A stretch of DNA of 63,447 nucleotides, filler included, from an uncultured bacterium (lineage in GTDB: Bacteria > Hinthialibacterota > Hinthialibacteria > Hinthialibacterales > Hinthialibacteraceae): NCBI GenBank assembly GCA_964449065.1. It is 3 parts of 3 records of this genome, joined end to end, with 100 filler letters (N's around TTAATTAATTAA, not from the genome) between each part and the next. Parts side by side here need not be neighbours in the genome. Positions count along the whole stretch, not along the records: positions 21,440 to 42,743 come from CAYVAZ010000047.1; 2 more parts are not named here. The stretch is one strand, 5' to 3'. Both the position numbers and the translations under genes were made by a program. How positions within the stretch are numbered: position 1 is the stretch's first letter; each line of letters begins with the position of its first letter. A model generated the notes under the pieces. That model had not been told where the DNA came from. It saw nothing but the letters and a program-made list of their open reading frames with translations, and ran no database searches. Shown piece after piece: positions 26,261 through 35,347 of the stretch.

Positions 26261-28735
26261 ATGAGCGAAGCATTAAACGTCAATCATTCTGAAACCGCAA
26301 CGAGTGATGGAAACAAACAACCTCGTAAGATCAACCGCCGCATTTTTCTGTACATCGCAATCTTGTTCGCGGTTTGCTTTTATCTCTACAACCCGTTTAA
26401 GCCGCCGGCTTTTAAGACCAAAAAGAAACTGGTCATCTTGGGATTTGACGGCACCGACCCGGATTTGGTCAACCAATGGTTAGACGAACTGCCTAACCTG
26501 CGCCACTTGAAAAAAAATGGCGGCTTTCAAAAACTGCAAAGTTGCTACCCGCCAGAATCCCCGGTAGCCTGGTCTTGCTTTGCGGTAGGGGGCAACCCCG
26601 GCCGGCATGGCGTGTTTGACTTTCTGCGCCGGCCATCGGGAACCTACAGCCCCAGCGTGGAAGCCTTCGTCAAACGCCAGTATGCCGAGTTCATGTTTAA
26701 GACCATCCCCGTGCAGATGCCCAAAGCCATCCAACGCCGCGGCGGTACCGCCTTTTGGGATGTACTCAGCGATGCCGGTGTGCGCACCACCATGATCGAA
26801 GTACCGGTCACCTTCCCGCCGCCCAAACTCAGTTACGGCCGCTCGCTTTCGGGATTGGGCGTTCCCGATATCCGCGGGCAGCAAGCCACCTTTCACCACT
26901 TTGTTTATGAAGAAGAATCAGACGCGGACCGGCCCAACGAAACCACCTTCGGCGGCAAACTGGTACAATTAGAACGCAATGAGGATGTGTATTCCGGCGT
27001 GATCTGGGGGCCCAACGATCCTGTTATTGATGATGAGCGCCACAACAAAGAAGCCGAAAAACTGGAACTCTACCTCTCTTGGTACGAGTGGCAAACACAT
27101 ATCTATACCAAACAAGGCAGCCATGTATCGGATGAACAGAAACTTTCGTTAAGCGATTCGTTGAACATCAATGTTTATGGCGTGATGGCCTATAGCGGAT
27201 ATTTAGAAGATCTCAGCATTGAAAAACGCGCCGACCGCATTCGCGAGTACATCAAAAACGCTACACCTTATGTAAAAGAAGATGGCGCAAGCACCAGCGA
27301 GGCCCGCGAAAACATCGCACGCATCACCAAGCAACTCATCAAAGTCAAACAAGAAATCTCTCAGCTCAGCAAGCCCATTAAACAGAAAGTCACGTTTAAG
27401 TTGCTGGGCAATAATCAAGTTGAGATCGCAGTCGGCAGCGATGTGCAGACTGTAGACCTGCTGAAATGGAGCGGCTGGTTTACCGTCTACTTCCCGGTGA
27501 TGACGCTGATCAAAGCACAGGCCATCTGCCGCTTCTATCCGCAGGAACTCAAACCCCACTCGGTCAAAATCTACATGACCTCGCCGGATATCGACCCGCG
27601 AAACCCGATCTTACCGGTTTCGCATCCCAAAAGCTACTCACAGGATTTGGCCGAGTGGCTGGAACAACCCTACAAAACCCGCGGCTGGGCCGCCGAAACC
27701 CACGCTCTCAAAGACGGCCAGTTGGAAGAAGACGGCTTTATTGAAGACCTCAACTTCATCATGGATTTGCGTGAAAAGAAACTCTTCGAAACCTGGGACC
27801 GCACGTTCAACAACGTATTTATCTCGGTGTTCTCGGCCACCGACCGGGTGGCGCACATGTTCTACCGCATGATCGACAAAGGCCATCCCATGCACGACAC
27901 CGCCAAAGCCAACAAATACAAAGACACCATGAAGAACATCTACAAGCGCATGGATACCATCGTCGGCAAAATGCTGAACAAGATTGAGAACGAACCGGAT
28001 ACCACGCTGCTGGTCATGTCGGATCACGGCTTTTCTTCCTGGCGCTATCAGGTGCACATCAATACTTGGCTGTACAAACACGGATTTTTGACGATTAAAG
28101 GCCAATTGGTAGATTCAAATATGAAGTTGGATGACTTAATGAAGGGGCAGTCAGATGAGTTTTTTGAGTATGTCGATTGGCGCAACACCAAAGCCTATTC
28201 GCTGGGATTGGGGCAAATCTACATTAACCTGGAAGGCCGTGAACCGTTGGGTATCGTCAAGCCTGAAGATTATCAAAGCGTTTGTGACGGCATTGCCGAA
28301 GAGATGACAAAACTGCGCGATCATCGGGACATTACCCCATTCAAAGTAATTGAGGATGACCCGCACAAAGATTTAGGAGGGCATCCGGTCGTGCATTTTG
28401 TCAAACACCGCTCGGAAATTTGGAAAGGCGATTATGCCGATGACGCGCATGACTGCCCCGATCTGCAAGTGGGCTTTTACCCCGGCTACCGTGTCTCGTG
28501 GCAGACGTGTTTGGGCGGCATCTCTACCGGAGAGGTTATCGAAGACAATCTGGAAACCTGGAGCGGTGACCATTGCAGCCTCTCGCCGGATTATGTGCCG
28601 GGTATGGTCTTCAGCAACCGCCAACTGCAAAATAATCCCTCTATCTACGACTTTGCGCCAACCGTGCTGGAGCACTTCGGCCTTACCAAACCCACAGAGA
28701 TGGAAGGGAAAAATCTTCTCGCGGGACGCCAGTGA
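26261..28735 (+). CDS. Alkaline phosphatase superfamily (nucleotide pyrophosphatase/phosphodiesterase), membrane-anchored
   Basis: LGFDGTD, PPESPVAWS..G.NPG.HGVFDF, DRVAH, MSDHGF, WSGDH. Confidence 0.9.
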   Translation: MSEALNVNHSETATSDGNKQPRKINRRIFLYIAILFAVCFYLYNPFKPPAFKTKKKLVILGFDGTDPDLVNQWLDELPNLRHLKKNGGFQKLQSCYPPESPVAWSCFAVGGNPGRHGVFDFLRRPSGTYSPSVEAFVKRQYAEFMFKTIPVQMPKAIQRRGGTAFWDVLSDAGVRTTMIEVPVTFPPPKLSYGRSLSGLGVPDIRGQQATFHHFVYEEESDADRPNETTFGGKLVQLERNEDVYSGVIWGPNDPVIDDERHNKEAEKLELYLSWYEWQTHIYTKQGSHVSDEQKLSLSDSLNINVYGVMAYSGYLEDLSIEKRADRIREYIKNATPYVKEDGASTSEARENIARITKQLIKVKQEISQLSKPIKQKVTFKLLGNNQVEIAVGSDVQTVDLLKWSGWFTVYFPVMTLIKAQAICRFYPQELKPHSVKIYMTSPDIDPRNPILPVSHPKSYSQDLAEWLEQPYKTRGWAAETHALKDGQLEEDGFIEDLNFIMDLREKKLFETWDRTFNNVFISVFSATDRVAHMFYRMIDKGHPMHDTAKANKYKDTMKNIYKRMDTIVGKMLNKIENEPDTTLLVMSDHGFSSWRYQVHINTWLYKHGFLTIKGQLVDSNMKLDDLMKGQSDEFFEYVDWRNTKAYSLGLGQIYINLEGREPLGIVKPEDYQSVCDGIAEEMTKLRDHRDITPFKVIEDDPHKDLGGHPVVHFVKHRSEIWKGDYADDAHDCPDLQVGFYPGYRVSWQTCLGGISTGEVIEDNLETWSGDHCSLSPDYVPGMVFSNRQLQNNPSIYDFAPTVLEHFGLTKPTEMEGKNLLAGRQ

Positions 28736-28787
28736 GCGACGGGCCGCCGGGGGGCAATGCCATTGACTTATGAAATCTTATTAACGT

Positions 28788-28846
28788 GTAGGGGTAACCC
28801 CCAGTGGTTACCCCAAAGCAGGGCAGCCGCGGGGAGCGGCCCCCAC
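28788..28846. repeat. GTAG-type REP doublet
   Basis: GTAGGGGTAACC-CCCAGT-GGTTACCCC followed by inverted partner GGGCAGCCGCGGGGAGCGGCCCCCAC. Confidence 0.75.
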
Positions 28847-29078
28847 AATATTGAGACAATGTATAAATAACATTTTCACCGCAACTCGGTATAATACCAA
28901 TCTGCATATAAAAAATCTGTGATCTCTCACGCAACCTTACGGGATAATGAAATTGTATGGCGGGTTCAAAGCGAAACGTAGCCCACCATGACCATCTCTG
29001 CTTACTCGATTTTAACCAACATTCTTTACAAAGGAGAAAAACACATAGACCAAACATCCTTTCGTTGTTGAAAGACCG

Positions 29079-30827
29079 CTAAGCCGTTGGCACAACCACA
29101 TCATCACTTGGCGTGGTGCCTTTGTCTTCATGTGTGTCATCCAAGGTTGAAATGGGAGGTCGTTGATCGAATTTCGGTTGTTTCATGAAATAGTAAATCC
29201 CAAATACCGTCAAGAAAATACCTTCCAAAATCAAATAACCGGTAACATACCATCCGCCGCCGGAACCGAAGCCGTAGCTGTGCAGTCCTTTACCCAGCAC
29301 GAAGTTGACGCCGTACCAGGTCATGATGATAAGTTGAAAGCCGATGATGGTACAGATCGCGGTGCCGATGATCTTGATCCATCCGGTGAAGCGGGCGTGT
29401 AAGATTGCCATATAACCGAGCAGAGAGATGAGCGCCCAGGTTTCTTTGGGGTCCCAGCCCCAGAAACGTCCCCATGATTCGGCGGCCCACACGCCGCCCA
29501 AAATGGTGCCCGCAGCGAGCAGTACGGTCCCGAGTTGAATCACACGGTACATAAAGTTGAAGATGGTTTTAATTAACGCCCGATTGATCGTTTTAAAGAA
29601 ATACAATCCTAAAACAGCGTGAGCCAATCCCGTTGCAAGAGCGAACGCGCTGTAACTGATGACGATGGTCATCACGTGGATGATGAGCCAGTAGTTGCTG
29701 CGCAGCACAGGGACGAGGGGTTCGATGTTGGAGTCAAAGGGCATGAGGTCGGCCATAACGAAGAGCACAAAGCCGACACCGGATGCCACTGCCGTAAACC
29801 AGCGCTGACGGTAGATCAGTTCGTATATGAGTGCAAAGAACAGCACGCCCCACGCCACAAAGATTACCGATTCATACATGTTCGAAACCGGCGGACGTCC
29901 CGCGATCATCCAGCGTATTACCAGCCCATAAGTGGAAAGCGCGAAACCGAGGATAAAGAGACCGGTTCCAGCCCAGGCGAACTTGCGGTTCTTGAGGCCG
30001 ATGGCGGTCATCATAACTAAGAACGCAAGCAAAAAGACGATCCAAGACCACATGAAGGGGCGGACCGAGTTGTAGGTTAACTCGCGATTGATTTCGGTTT
30101 GGGTAGGATAGATCTCCAGGTTGAGGCTGGATACCGCTTGTTTTAATGCCACGCTGGCAGCGGTGAAGGCTTGCGCGTCGTTTTCCTGCACGGCGTGGAT
30201 GACATCATGAAACGCGGTATCGAATTTATCTTGGGTGGCTTGATCGTACATGGTGGCGTTGTGCACGGTGTACCAGTCTGCTTCTTCATGGCTTAACTCT
30301 CCCGGCGGGGGTGGAACGAGAAAGAGGGTGTTGCCGCTCATCAGGTTTTGATAATTGATGACGCGGTGCATGACTTCACCCACTTTGTTTTCCATCAGGT
30401 TCAGGTCCATATCCTGATTTTGTTTGCGCATGACCTCCGTAGTGAGCTGCTCAAACATTGGACTTGACATCAGCTTGTTGTAGGAAAAGTGTTTTTGTGA
30501 AGGATCAAAGCCCAAGACTTCTTTGAGGCCGATGTGATCCACCAAAATTATATTGGCGTCCTTAAACTCTGGAAACGCCATGATTGCCAATACATAGGCG
30601 GTGGGGTCTATACCTTTAAAGGTCCAGCGGCCGGTAATGGTTTCGATGTATTTGCCGGAGAATGATTCCAACGGTTTTAAGCGCCCGTTATCGAGAACGG
30701 CGATACTATTGAGGGTTTCTAAATCGAAATGATCCGGCGGTTGTACCGGATAGTCATAGACATCCCCTGTGGATGCCAAGGGCATTAAGAGTAAAGCCAG
30801 CATTAAAAAAAGACCCGTGCGTTTCAT
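29079..30827 (-). CDS. ccsA: Cytochrome c biogenesis system II protein CcsA/ResC
   Basis: NGRLKP, PPVSNMYES, WLIIHV, WAAESWGRFWGWDPKETW, GLHSYG. Confidence 0.95.
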   Translation of the reverse strand: MKRTGLFLMLALLLMPLASTGDVYDYPVQPPDHFDLETLNSIAVLDNGRLKPLESFSGKYIETITGRWTFKGIDPTAYVLAIMAFPEFKDANIILVDHIGLKEVLGFDPSQKHFSYNKLMSSPMFEQLTTEVMRKQNQDMDLNLMENKVGEVMHRVINYQNLMSGNTLFLVPPPPGELSHEEADWYTVHNATMYDQATQDKFDTAFHDVIHAVQENDAQAFTAASVALKQAVSSLNLEIYPTQTEINRELTYNSVRPFMWSWIVFLLAFLVMMTAIGLKNRKFAWAGTGLFILGFALSTYGLVIRWMIAGRPPVSNMYESVIFVAWGVLFFALIYELIYRQRWFTAVASGVGFVLFVMADLMPFDSNIEPLVPVLRSNYWLIIHVMTIVISYSAFALATGLAHAVLGLYFFKTINRALIKTIFNFMYRVIQLGTVLLAAGTILGGVWAAESWGRFWGWDPKETWALISLLGYMAILHARFTGWIKIIGTAICTIIGFQLIIMTWYGVNFVLGKGLHSYGFGSGGGWYVTGYLILEGIFLTVFGIYYFMKQPKFDQRPPISTLDDTHEDKGTTPSDDVVVPTA

Positions 30828-30879
30828 GTATCTCTCCTTGTTTGTCATCGACTACAGATTGTTGGTTATTTTGCTTTAT

Positions 30880-31000
30880 CGCTCCCCCAAGCCCCTTTTA
30901 AATGAGGAAGCATTTCTTTTTATAGGATGCGGCGCATAAGAGGCGGCGCACTGCCTGTATCCCCTTTCGTAAGGGGAGGCCGTAGGAACCGGGGGGGCGC
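30880..31000. repeat. Degenerate poly-C/poly-G REP doublet between the ccs genes
   Basis: CTCCCCCAAGCCCCTTT..; CCCCTTTCGTAAGGGG..GGGGGGG; central TGCGGCGC/GCGGCGCA. Confidence 0.55.
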
Positions 31001-31020
31001 CTTGTGCCTCAACGAACTTT

Positions 31021-32832
31021 TTAAAAGTCGATTTCCTTTTTATCCGGGAAATAAAGCTTTCTGGACATGTAGAAGATAATCATTCCGGCAATCATGACAA
31101 TGGAGCCCACATAGATGGTGATGGTGCCGGGCGCTCTTGCCACACTAAAAATCGAGATATCCGGACGGCCGTTTTCGCCTTCGATGTAGCTGGCTTGATA
31201 CACGGCGTATCCGTTGTGGTAAAGAGGGTGGTTCATGTAGACCATCTGTTCCCGCTCAATGTCTTTGGTCGGGTCGCGCATGATGACATCACTCTCAAAG
31301 CGCTGCGGCCGGTTGGTACCGGGGTAGCGGGGGGCGCGAAAATCGATCAGCTGAAGACTGAACCCGACCGGAACCTTTCGCTGCCCAAATTCAACGATGC
31401 AACTTGTACCGCCGACTCGAAGACTCTTGGGACGGTTGTAGGAAACAAAATCAGACACACTATCTCCGTTGTGTTCCAAACGGACTTCCACCAACGGATT
31501 GTTATGCGGCTGGGTGCCGGTGTTGCCGGCGTCTTCTACTTTTTGCGACATGCGGGCTTGCAGGTAGAGTTGGCCAACCTCCATCATCACGCCAGCCCAA
31601 GTGGTGTCGAAGGGCTCTCCGGCTTTGACATCCCCATGGGCGATTTTGCCCGCGGTGTTTTGGGCGATATAATGCAGAGTGTTATCCGGCAATAGGTACA
31701 ATTCAACCCGGTTTTGGTTGGAAATGGCATCCACTTCCGGAAGCGGGTAAGAAAACTCCACAGAAAAATCGTACAGCACTTCCTGCTTGCTGTGGAAAGA
31801 ACCGAGTTCCGGAAATAGCGCAAATGGCAAGTGTTCTTCTGTACCTTCGGGGCCGGTCAGTTCAAACTTTGCAGCTGGATTCAGGGGTTTATCCGGCTCG
31901 TTTTTGAGATCGTTTTCAACGATATACGCCCGTGGAATGAACTCAATCAAACGGACTGTGTAGTCTTCCCCTTCGTAGTGAAAAGTGGCTGGGGAATTTA
32001 TGATATCATCGATCTGGACTACGCCGGCAATATCCCCGGAAGGCGTTTTGAACGTAAGCGAACCGTTGCCGGCGGCTTCTTCTTCAACGGCCGGGGTTTG
32101 TTTGCGGGCTGTGATTTGTTCAATCTCATTCATTGTGGCCTGGCCCATAAAGGCGACTTTCGCCACGCTTAAATCCATTTCCCGGCGGTTGGGGATTTCG
32201 GAAAACAACCAATCCTGGAAGGGTTGCGGGGCATTGGGCGCTACGACAGAAACCTGCACGGCTGGGTTTATCTGCGGTCCATCATTGGTTACAACTTCTC
32301 TCATGCGCGGATCGAAGACATAGCGCTCAACATAGCATTTGATGCCGGTATCGCCGACGGGATAAACCACTTCTTTGTCTTCGGGGATGGGCGAGTCTAT
32401 AAACCAGGGTTTAAACTCCTGCTTCACGCCCATTTGGGGGACATCAACGGATAGTAGAATATCGTTGGGAATTAGCATATAACTTTGTTGTTGGCCTTCT
32501 TCCAGCATAATTTGGCCTTCGATACCGAACTTACGGTTAATCATGCTGCCGAACAGAATGATGAGAATGCCTGCGTGGGTGATCACAAAACCGGTGTGCT
32601 TTTTCTTCCACGGGTAGCGGCTGAGGGCGGCACAGGCTACGTTCAGCCCGATGAAGAAGATGAGCAGGTCAAACCACGTGGTGCTATAGATGTGCTTTTG
32701 TGCCAGTTCGGTTGTGTATTCGGCTTCATAGAAAGTGGCATAAGATAACAGGGCGGCAAATACAGCAAGATTGATGACCGCCAGTTTGATGGAAGCGCAA
32801 AAATTGAAGATGGAATTTAAGACGTTTTTCAC
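31021..32832 (-). CDS. resB: Cytochrome c biogenesis system II protein ResB/Ccs1
   Basis: ASIKLAV, Y...WF, GFVITHAG, large periplasmic domain, MNHPL..GY..YQASY, C-terminal TM; upstream of ccsA. Confidence 0.88.
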   Translation of the reverse strand: MKNVLNSIFNFCASIKLAVINLAVFAALLSYATFYEAEYTTELAQKHIYSTTWFDLLIFFIGLNVACAALSRYPWKKKHTGFVITHAGILIILFGSMINRKFGIEGQIMLEEGQQQSYMLIPNDILLSVDVPQMGVKQEFKPWFIDSPIPEDKEVVYPVGDTGIKCYVERYVFDPRMREVVTNDGPQINPAVQVSVVAPNAPQPFQDWLFSEIPNRREMDLSVAKVAFMGQATMNEIEQITARKQTPAVEEEAAGNGSLTFKTPSGDIAGVVQIDDIINSPATFHYEGEDYTVRLIEFIPRAYIVENDLKNEPDKPLNPAAKFELTGPEGTEEHLPFALFPELGSFHSKQEVLYDFSVEFSYPLPEVDAISNQNRVELYLLPDNTLHYIAQNTAGKIAHGDVKAGEPFDTTWAGVMMEVGQLYLQARMSQKVEDAGNTGTQPHNNPLVEVRLEHNGDSVSDFVSYNRPKSLRVGGTSCIVEFGQRKVPVGFSLQLIDFRAPRYPGTNRPQRFESDVIMRDPTKDIEREQMVYMNHPLYHNGYAVYQASYIEGENGRPDISIFSVARAPGTITIYVGSIVMIAGMIIFYMSRKLYFPDKKEIDF

Positions 32833-32960
32833 GATAGCCTCTTTTTTGTACCGGTTTCAATTCACCAATTTACGATAAGTTTATCCAAAGTATATCTATC
32901 TTGTCGAATTTCATAAGTTTACTGGACAATATTTTTTTTGAGAATGGAAATCCATAAAAA

Positions 32961-34088
32961 ATGCCCCGAATTTGGACGTATTCCGATACTGGAGACCGTG
33001 GTTACGGCTTATTTAAGCGAAGAATCTTTCAGGAGCTGCACAAAGAAAATTGGGCAACCGGTCTTGCAGAAGCGCCTTTGCTGGAGCCGAAATCGAAAGA
33101 CATTTTGCGGCAACGTTTGTTGGATTACTCTCCCGATTGGATTTTCTTGATCAACCAATCTGCTGAACAGTTATATGAATATCTTAACATTCCGGCAAAT
33201 CAACGCCCCTTATCTTGCAAAAAGATCGTTTGGTATTTAGATAATCCCCGGTTTTTTATCCAACAACCGTTTGAACCAACTGAATACGTGTTTTGTTTTG
33301 ATGAAACGTATTTGCATTGGCTGGAACCGTTCTGCTCTCATCCACCGCGATTTTTGTCGCTTGCTTCGGATCAGTTTCAGCCGGGAAAGTTCAATCCCAA
33401 ATTTGCTTGCGATGTTTCGTTTGTGGGGGGAGTGATTGATCAATCCAAACGGCGCGGCCAACTTAGCCTGGAAATGGTGGGGTACATCCAGCGGCTGGTG
33501 GAAGAAAAACTCAAAAACCGCTCGAAGACGTTTGAAGAACTGGCGCGAATCCACCCCATTGCGGAAGGCAAAGTCATCAACATCAACGCGGATGTATCGC
33601 ACTATTTGTATTGGGAAGCAAATAACTTGTACCGTATCCGTACGCTGGAAGCATTGCAGGATTATAACTTGAAAATTTATGGCAATGAGGATTGGGAACT
33701 CTTGCTGCAAGGATCGCCGTTATTCAACCGGTTTCATGGCAGGGTGGATCCTAAAACGGAACTGCCCGATATTTTTGTTTCATCCAAAATCAATCTGAAC
33801 ATCCACAGTATCCAATGTTTGGGTAGTTTGAATCAGCGGGATTTTAACGCGCCGGTTTGTGGAGGATTTTTGCTGTCAGACTGGGTTCCGGCAGCGGGAA
33901 AATATTTTGTTCCGGGCAAAGAAGCCGTGTTCTACAGCGGCGAAATAAACTTATTACGTAAAATTGATTATTATTTGGAGCATGAAGAAGAGAAGGCAGA
34001 GATCATTCGGGCAGGGAAGCAGTGCGTGTTGGACAAACATACGTATACGAACCGGGTCGAATATCTGTTAGAACGCTTGCCGCTTTAA
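32961..34088 (+). CDS. CgeB-like glycosyltransferase
   Basis: DVSFVG, SSKINLN, N.R.F....CGGFLL, HTY..R. Confidence 0.88.
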   Translation: MPRIWTYSDTGDRGYGLFKRRIFQELHKENWATGLAEAPLLEPKSKDILRQRLLDYSPDWIFLINQSAEQLYEYLNIPANQRPLSCKKIVWYLDNPRFFIQQPFEPTEYVFCFDETYLHWLEPFCSHPPRFLSLASDQFQPGKFNPKFACDVSFVGGVIDQSKRRGQLSLEMVGYIQRLVEEKLKNRSKTFEELARIHPIAEGKVININADVSHYLYWEANNLYRIRTLEALQDYNLKIYGNEDWELLLQGSPLFNRFHGRVDPKTELPDIFVSSKINLNIHSIQCLGSLNQRDFNAPVCGGFLLSDWVPAAGKYFVPGKEAVFYSGEINLLRKIDYYLEHEEEKAEIIRAGKQCVLDKHTYTNRVEYLLERLPL

Positions 34089-34747
34089 ACGTTGATCACC
34101 ACAGGATGGGGCAATGCATCCAGTTGCGGAAGCCATTCGGTTATATGTTCGGAATATTGGATGGAGAACAAGTTGATGTGAGATGCGGGGATATGATCCG
34201 GAATTTTGCATGCATGGCCGATAGATAGAGAAACTTCGATGCCTATGTTTATTGATTGCGAACCGGTTTTTGGGCGAATGGTTTCAATGGAAGAATCGTT
34301 TATGCCCCTCAACGTAACCGGAATCTCCAAATCGGACGCGTAAGCAATGGCCTCTTTCAACAAGGGCAGCACGTCTTCTGGAATGCGGTCCTGTTCGGTT
34401 ACGATCAACCGGAAACGGCCGCATCCCGTATAGCCCGCCATATCGATCCAGCCGTTCAGCAGCGATAACTCTTCTCCTTTTCTATCAAACAATATGGTTG
34501 TTGAGAGAGGGACGGAAATGATGCCTAGTCGATATCCATTCTGTTCCAACTGATCCATGAACCGGTCTATATGATCCACCGGCGGGTTGTCGCTAAAAAG
34601 GCCGGGATGACCATGCCGTTCCACCGGCAAATCAAGCGCGGTTTGATACGGATGAAATGATTCATCCCGCAACAATGGTTGCAGAGATTCCAGCCATTTG
34701 TTTGGCTCACCGAGAGGGGTAGCCGATGTGGAAACAATCAAATTCAT
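34085..34747 (-). CDS. Hypothetical protein, possible degenerate xylose-isomerase-like TIM barrel
   Basis: WIDMAGYTGC..R..and YA....I.V.L pattern; metal ligands not evident. Confidence 0.55.
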   Translation of the reverse strand: MNLIVSTSATPLGEPNKWLESLQPLLRDESFHPYQTALDLPVERHGHPGLFSDNPPVDHIDRFMDQLEQNGYRLGIISVPLSTTILFDRKGEELSLLNGWIDMAGYTGCGRFRLIVTEQDRIPEDVLPLLKEAIAYASDLEIPVTLRGINDSSIETIRPKTGSQSINIGIEVSLSIGHACKIPDHIPASHINLFSIQYSEHITEWLPQLDALPHPVVINV

Positions 34748-34761
34748 GGAGATTCTTCAAT

Positions 34762-35187
34762 TTATTCTTCGCTAAAATCCGAAATTTCAGGAACGTTGTA
34801 AAACGCGGGCTGATAACTCTCTGCTGCAGGGTCTTTTTGAACGGTTTGCTTTTCGGTTTCTTCCAGCACAATATCGTTGATGGCTTCATGAAACTCAAAC
34901 CAATCCTGTTTCTTTAACATGGTTAACAGAAAGCGTAAATTCCCCGTGGCTTTGGCGACCGTTAGTTTCTTGCTGTCCGCGTTCAATGTACCGGCCAATT
35001 GCAAAAGCGGCTGGAGAATAGAGTAACTGCCCGCCTTTGAAAATCCCAGTTCCAAAACAATTCTTTTGTTTTGCTTTAGGGCATTTTGAAAAATAATATG
35101 CAGGCTGTCTACATCAAACTTCGTAAATTCGCCGCTCAAGCGAATGAGCAGCAAAGAGCCGATCACTTTCTCTTCCACATTCATCAA
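34762..35187 (-). CDS. STAS-like (anti-sigma antagonist fold) protein
   Basis: LIRLSGEF, IVLEL, final F......; phospho-Ser DSSG motif degenerate. Confidence 0.6.
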   Translation of the reverse strand: MMNVEEKVIGSLLLIRLSGEFTKFDVDSLHIIFQNALKQNKRIVLELGFSKAGSYSILQPLLQLAGTLNADSKKLTVAKATGNLRFLLTMLKKQDWFEFHEAINDIVLEETEKQTVQKDPAAESYQPAFYNVPEISDFSEE

Positions 35188-35347
35188 AAACTCGAATCCA
35201 TCCCCCCCGTGCGCATTGGGCGGCAGCGGCTATGATTGACTAACGGACTTTAATAGGCTTAATCGTACGGCCAAAAGATTATAACATAACTTTTTTTGCT
35301 GTTGTACGTTTTGTGTTGATAAACGAAATCTTACAAGGAAATAATTT